From NCBI GenBank assembly GCA_009841335.1, contig VXLY01000082.1, positions 86,380-150,379 of the forward strand: a DNA stretch of 64,000 nt, given 5' to 3'. Positions within the stretch are counted from its first letter, which is position 1, and each line of letters begins with the position of its first letter. The DNA is from Rhodothermaceae bacterium (lineage in GTDB: Bacteria > Bacteroidota > Rhodothermia > Rhodothermales > Bin80). The notes under the pieces are model-generated. The model made no database searches, was not told the origin of the DNA, and saw only the letters and a list, made by a program, of their open reading frames with translations. This document shows positions 18,514-25,076 of this stretch, piece after piece. A program made the position numbers and the translations under genes.

Positions 18514-20022
18514 ATGCGTGTATTACTTGACACTAACATATTAATCCATCGAGAATCGCGGACAGTCGTACGGGATGATATCGGGAGACTTTTCCGCTGG
18601 CTCGACCAACTCAATTACAAAAAGATCATTCACCCAAATTCAGTCAGCGAAATCGAGAGGCACTCCGACCCGAAGGTAGTGTACACCTTCCATCGGAAGC
18701 TAAGCAGTTACCGTATGCTAAAAACTACTGCGCCAGACACTCAGGGAATTGCGTCTCTCCGAGAAGGAGACAAAACCGAAAACGATAGGATTGACACGTC
18801 TATGCTTGCTGAGCTTGCTTCCGACCGTGTCGATTTACTAATTACCGAAGATCGCGGGATTCATTCAAAAGCCACGATTATAGGCCTTGATAGTCGCGTA
18901 TTCACAATTGACGGGTTCCTTGAAAAAGTGACCGCTGAAAACCCTAAACTGGCAGAATATGGGGTTCTTTCTGTTAAGACAAAGCTGTTCGGACACATTG
19001 ACGTTCAGCAAAGGTTCTTTGATTCATTCAGGGAAGATTACCCAAACTTTGACGGCTGGTTCAATCGTAAGGCCGACGAAACAGCGTACGTGTGCCAATC
19101 AGACTCTGGCGAGATAGTTGCATTTTTGTATATAAAGCGGGAGCAGGAAGGCGAGGATTACAGTGACATTATTCCGCCATTCCAGTCTGATCAACGACTG
19201 AAAATCGGCACTTTGAAAGTAGTCTCAAACGGGTATAAACTCGGAGAGCGTTTTCTAAAAATCGTATTCGACAACGCCCTCTTACTTCGCGTTTCCGAGA
19301 TCTATGTAACCGTGTTCAACAAAACTGCCGACCAATTCCGCCTGATCAGGTTTCTGGAAGACTGGGGCTTTATACTGTATGGCAGCAAGGGGAACAGTCA
19401 AGAGTGCGTCTACGTCCGGGACTTTCGACCTAGATTCGATACAAGCGACCCTCGAAAAACATATCCGTACATTTCAAATTCAACCCGGGCATTCATCGTA
19501 CCTATTTACCCTAAGTATCACACAGAACTCTTGCCAGATTCAATTCTCCAAACTGAATCACCGCAGGATTACTCTGACAATAAACCAAATCGCAATGCCA
19601 TAAGTAAGGTATATGTATCTCGCTCTGTCGAGCGGGATCTAAGTACCGGGGACATTATTGTTTTCTATCGGACGAAGTGGGGCGGTCCGGCATTCTACAC
19701 GTCCGTCGCAACCACAATTGGCATTGTGCAGGACGTGAAAACTACGATTCCGCACGAAAAAGCTTTTTTGGAAATATGCCGAAAACGAAGTGTGTTCACG
19801 GATGCCCAGTTACTTGAACAATGGAACTATGATCCTAGCAACCGACCTTTCACGGTTAACTTTCTATCTGTGTATTCATTGCCAAAGCGGCCAAATCTGA
19901 AGGAATTGATGGAAGAAGGCGTCATTAACGAGGCACCTAGAGGATTTGAACAACTTAGTGCTCGATCGTTCCAGCGATTACTTACTATTTCGAATGCCGA
20001 CACGCATTTTGTTGTCGCTTAA
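18514..20022 (+). CDS. three-domain protein: N-terminal PIN-like nuclease + central GNAT-like acetyltransferase fold + C-terminal PUA/ASCH-like domain
   Basis: aa 1-140: MRVLLDTNILIHRE..DTSMLAEL..LITEDRG, the acidic PIN pattern. aa ~150-300: AFLYIKRE..LKIGTLKVVSNGYKLGERFLKIVFDNA..IYVTVF..FLEDWGF, which is GNAT-like. aa ~315-470: RAFIVPIYPKYHTELL..ISKVYVSR..LSTGDIIVFYRT..TTIGIVQDV, a beta-barrel pattern resembling the downstream ASCH protein. Domain calls are by eye only. Confidence 0.6.
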   Translation: MRVLLDTNILIHRESRTVVRDDIGRLFRWLDQLNYKKIIHPNSVSEIERHSDPKVVYTFHRKLSSYRMLKTTAPDTQGIASLREGDKTENDRIDTSMLAELASDRVDLLITEDRGIHSKATIIGLDSRVFTIDGFLEKVTAENPKLAEYGVLSVKTKLFGHIDVQQRFFDSFREDYPNFDGWFNRKADETAYVCQSDSGEIVAFLYIKREQEGEDYSDIIPPFQSDQRLKIGTLKVVSNGYKLGERFLKIVFDNALLLRVSEIYVTVFNKTADQFRLIRFLEDWGFILYGSKGNSQECVYVRDFRPRFDTSDPRKTYPYISNSTRAFIVPIYPKYHTELLPDSILQTESPQDYSDNKPNRNAISKVYVSRSVERDLSTGDIIVFYRTKWGGPAFYTSVATTIGIVQDVKTTIPHEKAFLEICRKRSVFTDAQLLEQWNYDPSNRPFTVNFLSVYSLPKRPNLKELMEEGVINEAPRGFEQLSARSFQRLLTISNADTHFVVA

Positions 20023-20371
20023 GCCGCGTTTCGCTGAAGCTATTTTGGCGGGAGAAAAGAGGTTTGAATATCGACGCTCGATCTTTCGACGGCAAGATAT
20101 TGACACCGTAGTAATTTATGCTTCTACGCCGATATGTAAAGTAGTCGGAGAATTCTCAATCAAACAAGTGCTTTCATTGGACCTTGAAGCACTTTGGGAG
20201 GAAACTCGTGGAGGGGCGGCGATCGATAGACATTATTTCGATCAGTATTTCAAAGGACGATCGTCTGGATACGCTCTGGAGGTGAAAGAAGTGACGCGTT
20301 ATGAGTTGCCGTTATGTCTCCGTCTACAATTTAAGATGAAACGTCCCCCTCAATCGTTTTGCTATCTATAA
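19994..20371 (+). CDS. ASCH (PUA-like) domain protein
   Basis: LLSLKPRFAEAILAGEKRFEYRRSIFRRQDIDTVVIYASTPICKVVGEFSIKQV is the canonical ASCH N-terminal pattern. The ATG at 19994 overlaps the upstream ORF by 29 nt; the longest ORF starts at 19946. Confidence 0.7.
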   Translation: MPTRILLSLKPRFAEAILAGEKRFEYRRSIFRRQDIDTVVIYASTPICKVVGEFSIKQVLSLDLEALWEETRGGAAIDRHYFDQYFKGRSSGYALEVKEVTRYELPLCLRLQFKMKRPPQSFCYL

Positions 20372-20423
20372 CTGAGTTGGGATATTCCATTGTTGGGGAT
20401 CAATTTGGGGAATCCCAGTTTAC

Positions 20424-20431
20424 TAATTTAT
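20424..20431. repeat. target-site duplication (left copy) TAATTTAT
   Basis: Identical 8-mer directly outside both inverted repeats (20424-20431 and 25001-25008). Confidence 0.85.
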
Positions 20432-20466
20432 GGGAATTATAGGGCTAAGTGCCGAAAAAAGTTGGG
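20432..20466 (+). repeat. left terminal inverted repeat (IRL)
   Basis: See the mobile element entry. An extra subterminal copy of AAGTGCCGAAA lies at 20503-20513. Confidence 0.85.
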
Positions 20467-20523
20467 TATTTCAGATGTTTAATTTTTTATTTTTTTATAA
20501 TAAAGTGCCGAAAGACAGATACG

Positions 20524-21477
20524 ATGAAAAAACAAAGAACAGGCCCAGGGAAATCATACAGAAAAGGCATCTCTTGGATCAAACTCATGAAGATGTTCCC
20601 GGATGATAAAACCGCAGAAAAATGGTTCGCTAAACAGCGTTGGGGAAATGAACCTGCCTGTCCTCATTGCGGAAGCACCAACGTCCAGACGGGAGCCGCT
20701 CACCGGACTATGCCTTACAGGTGCAGGGAAAAAGGATGCAGTAAGCGGTTCAGTGTGCGCATAGGAACCGTCATGGAACGTAGCAAATTGGGGTATCAGG
20801 TATGGGCCATAGCCATCTACATCATGAGTACAGGTGTCAAGGGCGTTTCCAGCATGAAACTTCATCGTGACTTGGGCATCGCACAGTCAACCGCTTGGCA
20901 TCTGGCTCACAGGATCAGAAAAACATGGGACACAAAGACCGAGCCGTTTTCTGGCCCGGTTGAAGTAGACGAAACCTATGTAGGAGGAAAAGAAAAAAAC
21001 AAGCACTTTAACAAGGGACTCCGCGCTGGACGCGGCACCGTAGGCAAGACCGCCGTAGTTGGTGCAAAAGACCGTGCAACCAATCAAGTACAGGCAAAGG
21101 TAGTGTCAGACACTACCGCACAGACGCTCACAGGCTTCGTATACAGCACCACGCGCGAAGAGGCAAAAATATACACCGATGACGCAAAAGCATACCAGGC
21201 GTTACGTAGAGCAGCCCATGATACCGTAAAGCATTCTTCCGGACAATACGTAAGAGGAGACGTGCATATCAACGGTATGGAATCTCTTTGGGCTTTGCTG
21301 AAACGGGGCTACTATGGTACGTATCATCACATGTCCCCCAAACACCTTCAACGTTACGTGGATGAGTTTGTCGGTCGGCACAATGCCCGTCACCTGGATA
21401 CCCTGCAACAACTGGAACAAACGGCCAAAGGGCTAGATGGGAAAAGGCTTACGTATAAAGAGCTGGTGGCGGGGTAG
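20524..21477 (+). CDS. IS1595-family (ISXO2-like) transposase
   Basis: N-terminal zinc ribbon CPHCGS..YRCREKGCSKRFSVRIGTVMERSKL, then VEVDETYVGGKEKNKH and a DDE-type core (YTDDAKAY...INGMESLWALLKRG..GTYHHMS.KHLQRYV.EF..RHN). The ATG at 20524 follows IRL; the longest ORF (GTG at 20449) begins inside the IR. Confidence 0.9.
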   Translation: MKKQRTGPGKSYRKGISWIKLMKMFPDDKTAEKWFAKQRWGNEPACPHCGSTNVQTGAAHRTMPYRCREKGCSKRFSVRIGTVMERSKLGYQVWAIAIYIMSTGVKGVSSMKLHRDLGIAQSTAWHLAHRIRKTWDTKTEPFSGPVEVDETYVGGKEKNKHFNKGLRAGRGTVGKTAVVGAKDRATNQVQAKVVSDTTAQTLTGFVYSTTREEAKIYTDDAKAYQALRRAAHDTVKHSSGQYVRGDVHINGMESLWALLKRGYYGTYHHMSPKHLQRYVDEFVGRHNARHLDTLQQLEQTAKGLDGKRLTYKELVAG

Positions 21478-21486
21478 GGGTGGAAA

Positions 21487-22272
21487 TTATGCGCCTATCT
21501 TACTCTCCATTTCCTGCAATAACTGCATTCCAGAATTTAGTGATGGCACCATTGTTTTGCCATCTACATCTGAGAGTCTAGTTAAGGCATTACTGTCAAT
21601 TTCAGATTTATTATGGAATACCAAAATAGTATCAAAGTTCACGTTCTTTTTGATAAGATAATGTAGTTTTAGTGCAGTAATGTTAGCCTTGTCACTATTG
21701 AGAATGCCAAACAGGAACAGATGATTGGCATCCTTTCCCCTAAATCTGTAATCAACTGAATAAGCTCGGGATTCTTGTATTTCAGGGGCGCAGTAATTAA
21801 TTTCTACATGATTCTTATTGATCTTCTTTAAGATGAACTTCCTTAGATCATTGTAGAATGTATTTCTTGATCGTGACTGCTTTTGGATTGCGAGATTATA
21901 TATCCTAGTGATTGCACGACCGTACTGGAAGAGAGCATGTGCTAAATTCTCTATTTGTGAATTTATGAATAACTCTCCCTTGTCTTGGCAAACTTGTTCT
22001 TCACCCAATATCTGATCAATAAGCAAAATACGATTGTTGGTAAGAAATCTATCAAGATCACGTTCGTAGCTTATTCGCATAAATGTGTCGCCCTTGTCAG
22101 ATAGACGTATCCCCTCTTGTGTATTTGATAAATAAATGGGGTACTGATCTCCATCGGGAAACCCAAAGTCCGTTTCTAACATGAGTTCTCCATCAATACG
22201 TTTCTCTACACGAATTGAGGCACATATTTGCTCACATAATTGTCGTTTTAAAATTTCAGGAATCAGTTCCAT
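21487..22272 (-). CDS. hypothetical protein, DUF1828/DUF1829-like (passenger gene)
   Basis: The N-terminal LMLETDFGFPDGDQYPIYLSNTQEGIRLSDKGDTFMRI resembles the DUF1828 pattern (..TPF.d..D.I.IY....g.i.lSDdG.T). The assignment is from memory and not searched. Its start overlaps the upstream ORF by 17 nt. Confidence 0.45.
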   Translation of the reverse strand: MELIPEILKRQLCEQICASIRVEKRIDGELMLETDFGFPDGDQYPIYLSNTQEGIRLSDKGDTFMRISYERDLDRFLTNNRILLIDQILGEEQVCQDKGELFINSQIENLAHALFQYGRAITRIYNLAIQKQSRSRNTFYNDLRKFILKKINKNHVEINYCAPEIQESRAYSVDYRFRGKDANHLFLFGILNSDKANITALKLHYLIKKNVNFDTILVFHNKSEIDSNALTRLSDVDGKTMVPSLNSGMQLLQEMESKIGA

Positions 22273-22768
22273 CGAATAGACTACCCATATAGTGTATTGG
22301 ATTGAATCTTGGCAGATTAAAATCTTCTAACAGACACAAAAAAGCCCCATGAAGTGAGTTGTAACGGATAGTTTCTTTGGCAAAATATTCCGGTTTCCTC
22401 CGTGCAACGATAGCTTCCTCCGTAGCCTTATGAATATGAGGTTTGTATTTAATGATTCCACGGGTATCTTTGTGTATGTGATTTGCTCCGTTATACCGAG
22501 CCAATGTTAACTTTGCCTTGTCTTTGGGTAAATATATGATTCCACAGGAATAATTATTCTCATCATGGATAGATCTGCGTTGATAGACTTCGAACAGGTA
22601 CTCTGGTCGGTCTTTAGGAGCTCCTCTTACATTATAGGTGCGCTTCATGTGGGCATAGTTTTGCCTTCGTGTCCAAGGAGCCCTTGGATTTTCTACAACC
22701 TTCGGGAGATTCCAAAGTCTCTGTATCTCCGTATCAGTGTATCTCAAATCCATGGACCTCATCCACAC
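22256..22768 (-). CDS. hypothetical protein, 165-170 aa (passenger gene)
   Basis: ORF with His-rich motifs YNGANHIHKDTRGIIKYKPHIHKATEE. Alternative ATG starts lie at 22762 and 22753. It is translationally coupled to 21487..22272. Confidence 0.5.
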   Translation of the reverse strand: MWMRSMDLRYTDTEIQRLWNLPKVVENPRAPWTRRQNYAHMKRTYNVRGAPKDRPEYLFEVYQRRSIHDENNYSCGIIYLPKDKAKLTLARYNGANHIHKDTRGIIKYKPHIHKATEEAIVARRKPEYFAKETIRYNSLHGAFLCLLEDFNLPRFNPIHYMGSLFDGTDS

Positions 22769-22946
22769 CTACCGAAGATGATTATGCACATTGCATTTGC
22801 AACCTCCAATGTACGCACATCTACGTAATAAACAGTAACGAGTCAGGTCTCGATACTGATGTTGTGTTTTGTGTTTAGGTTACGTCGTCTGCTGGTTCTT
22901 CGACCGTCAGGTCTCCGCTACACTTGGGGCACCTGGTGGCTTGCTT

Positions 22947-23189
22947 TTAGATTATCTCTAGGCAGTATTTGCATTTATTGAATCCGCCGTCCGCCACTTT
23001 TCTTTTGTTCAATTCAACGTGATCGGGCTTTACAATCAGGGCAATAACAAGACCAATTACGGTTAGAAAAAAACCAATAAAGAACCAACCGATGCCATCC
23101 CGTCCCTTGTTTTCAGCAATCGCCGCACAGAGTATCCCAAAGACCACTGGTATCAGGATGATAACCAATAGACAGCCTGCCGCTTCCAT
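22947..23189 (-). CDS. small two-TM membrane protein with truncated C-terminal zinc ribbon
   Basis: MEAAGCLLVIILIPVVFGILCAAI..GWFFIGFFLTVIGLVIALIV..CKYCLEII then TAA. The same frame continues KQATRCPKCSGDLTVEEPADDVT to the TAA at 22875-22877, which would complete a CxxC..CxxC ribbon. Confidence 0.5.
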   Translation of the reverse strand: MEAAGCLLVIILIPVVFGILCAAIAENKGRDGIGWFFIGFFLTVIGLVIALIVKPDHVELNKRKVADGGFNKCKYCLEII

Positions 23190-23203
23190 TAGTAACTAGA
23201 TGA

Positions 23204-23458
23204 CTATTCGCACCCTGAATTGTCATAGGCCTCAGACGCGGCTAGCCACTTCATTCTATTGGCATATGTGTCTATCCTCACGTAGATGTTCAATAATTCA
23301 GTCTTGCGATCATAGAGTATAGAACACCGCTCTAACCAAGACATGCTATCTGGTTTATACCGCACACCATTCAATAGAAGGGATGTCTTTCGTAGTAACC
23401 GCGACGCTCGCGTGAACGTTCCGACATCATCTTTATTCATTCCACCTGCAACATTCAC
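23204..23458 (-). CDS. hypothetical small protein (78-84 aa)
   Basis: The ORF's GTG start overlaps the TAG stop of the upstream ORF by 1 nt. An alternative ATG lies at 23440. Confidence 0.4.
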   Translation of the reverse strand: MNVAGGMNKDDVGTFTRASRLLRKTSLLLNGVRYKPDSMSWLERCSILYDRKTELLNIYVRIDTYANRMKWLAASEAYDNSGCE

Positions 23459-23676
23459 TATTTTGGCTTTCTCTTCAACCTATAATGTATGCTTTGGCCC
23501 GCTTCGCTTCTAATCTCGTAGTCCCATCTGGGATGTGTCATAGTATCTACTGGGTTCCAAATATATTTAGGGCCATCTTCGGTGTTTTGGATTATGTCTA
23601 TTGCCTCATTCCACGTAGGAGTTTCGACTGCCGGGCCTATTTGCTTGCCGCTAGCATCCAATAGTTTGAACTTCAT
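23458..23676 (-). CDS. hypothetical small protein (72 aa)
   Basis: ATG-initiated ORF MKFKLLDASGKQIG.., first gene of a same-strand run 23676->22875. Confidence 0.4.
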   Translation of the reverse strand: MKFKLLDASGKQIGPAVETPTWNEAIDIIQNTEDGPKYIWNPVDTMTHPRWDYEIRSEAGQSIHYRLKRKPK

Positions 23677-24020
23677 CTTGTAAACCCGTCCGGGCGGTTT
23701 GATTAAGAATACTCAACTGAATTGCAAATCCGTGTGTCTATACACTAATACCAAAAAAGTTCATAAATACACTTTCAAGAATCAAAAACAAGTTGTATAT
23801 TATGAGCGCATTTACCGCGAAGAAGCCCGACATGTCGGGTTGATCGCTGAATAAAACAGCCAGGAACAAACAGGGATTAGCTATCCATGTTGGCAAATAG
23901 GCGGAACCTCTCACAGCCGTGCCCATCCGGGCACAGGGCTTCTCAGATGGTAAATGCACAGCCCGACACCTTCGCGGGCTTCATCCATATCAAACCAAAT
24001 GAGTAAAGGCTCACAATAGG

Positions 24021-24533
24021 ATGCGCAATTTTTTCGTAGTCGTTTTCTCGCTTCTCATTTTCTCGGGATGCACCTCCGTCAATCAAACTGTACTGATGCC
24101 CAACCTGGCTCCGGTCTATCCGGAAATGGTTCAAATCTTCCTTCCCGGAGATTCTTTACCTCCGCATGATCGGGTTGCAATTTTGGCCGGATCCGGCGCA
24201 GATAACTGGTCAAATCGAACTCAACTCTTAGACCACCTCCGTCGCAGAGCCGGTGAACTGGGGGCCAACGGAGTTATTCTTGGTCAAGTAGAAGAATCCT
24301 CTTCCGGCGAAAAGATAGTAGGATATTTAACGGGCTTTGGATCCAGCAGAAAACAAGATGCTATTGCAATATTGATACATTCTACTGTTGAGCAAGAGAA
24401 AATAGCGTCAAGCTGTGAATCTCTAAAAAGCAATATGGACAATGCTTTTCAGGCATACGAAAGACAGAAGAACAATACTAACAGAGAAAGGTGGCAACGC
24501 GCTTCGAGGAAGTACCATGAGGAATGCGGATAA
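24021..24533 (+). CDS. lipoprotein, function unknown
   Basis: Signal/lipobox MRNFFVVVFSLLIFSGCTS. The C-terminal Cys-bounded helical tail is SSCESLKSNMDNAFQAYERQKNNTNRERWQRASRKYHEECG. Confidence 0.6.
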   Translation: MRNFFVVVFSLLIFSGCTSVNQTVLMPNLAPVYPEMVQIFLPGDSLPPHDRVAILAGSGADNWSNRTQLLDHLRRRAGELGANGVILGQVEESSSGEKIVGYLTGFGSSRKQDAIAILIHSTVEQEKIASSCESLKSNMDNAFQAYERQKNNTNRERWQRASRKYHEECG

Positions 24534-24731
24534 ATGAAAAATCTTCTCCTTATGCTTGCCACCATGACAGTTCTTTTGTTCGGTGGTTGCGATTCAGTTT
24601 TCGGGCCGGACTGCCAAGAACTCTACGACAGGATGGAAGCTGCTTGGGATCGGTACTTGGAGAATGAAAACCATTCCAATCGCAAAGCTTGGGCCGATGC
24701 TCGTGATCGGTATTACAAGCATTGTGATTAA
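24534..24731 (+). CDS. small lipoprotein, function unknown
   Basis: MKNLLLMLATMTVLLFGGCDS lipobox. The body CQELYDRMEAAWDRYLENENHSNRKAWADARDRYYKHCD resembles the tail of the preceding lipoprotein. Its start abuts the upstream stop (TAAATG). Confidence 0.55.
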   Translation: MKNLLLMLATMTVLLFGGCDSVFGPDCQELYDRMEAAWDRYLENENHSNRKAWADARDRYYKHCD

Positions 24732-24776
24732 TGAAATAGGATTTCCTATATTAAACACTATGATCAACCCAAACCG

Positions 24777-24935
24777 ATGCCTCAACCAAAGCCTCCTGCA
24801 CCCAAAAAGGAACCTGCCAAGCGTGGGCGACCAGTCAAGAATGACATCATGAAGTTGCAGAGATCCATTCCTGCAACGCCGGAAAAACTGGCAAAGGCTA
24901 TCCTGACCACACCTCCCCGCAAGTCCAAGCCCTGA
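24777..24935 (+). CDS. possible 52-aa basic protein with AT-hook-like KRGRP motif
   Basis: Hand translation gives MPQPKPPAPKKEPAKRGRPVKNDIMKLQRSIPATPEKLAKAILTTPPRKSKP. It is below the ORF-track cut-off and lies just inside IRR. Confidence 0.25.
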   Translation: MPQPKPPAPKKEPAKRGRPVKNDIMKLQRSIPATPEKLAKAILTTPPRKSKP

Positions 24936-24964
24936 AAAATCAGACTGGATTAAATCTTGCGAGA

Positions 24965-25000
24965 CCCCCAACTTTTTCGGCACTTAGCCCTATAATTCCC
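24965..25000 (-). repeat. right terminal inverted repeat (IRR)
   Basis: The reverse complement matches IRL (see the mobile element entry). Confidence 0.85.
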
Positions 25001-25008
25001 TAATTTAT
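25001..25008. repeat. target-site duplication (right copy) TAATTTAT
   Basis: Identical to 20424-20431. Confidence 0.85.
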
Positions 25009-25076
25009 CGATCACTTTCCACTGTCCTTTGAGGAACCAAGCATTTCGGTTATCTAAATCGCGTCGGGGTACTCGC

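Larger units (their letters stand above)
20432..25000 (+). mobile_element. IS1595-family element carrying passenger genes (4,569 bp)
   Basis: IRL 20432-20466 is GGGAATTATAGGGCTAAGTGCCGAAAAAAGTTGGG. The reverse complement of 24965-25000 is GGGAATTATAGGGCTAAGTGCCGAAAAAGTTGGGGG. The first 28 nt are identical, followed by a 1-nt indel. The element is flanked by 8-bp direct repeats, which is the duplication size known for IS1595. The transposase gene sits next to IRL. Confidence 0.85.

Noticed and set aside
24594-24983. 129-aa minus-strand ORF at the right end of the IS element, and the overlapping 89-aa plus-strand ORF 24583..24852
   Set aside because: They overlap the well-formed small lipoprotein gene (24534..24731) and run into the inverted repeat. 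They have no start context or motifs. The hand-found 52-aa frame fits the remaining sequence better, although it is itself low confidence.
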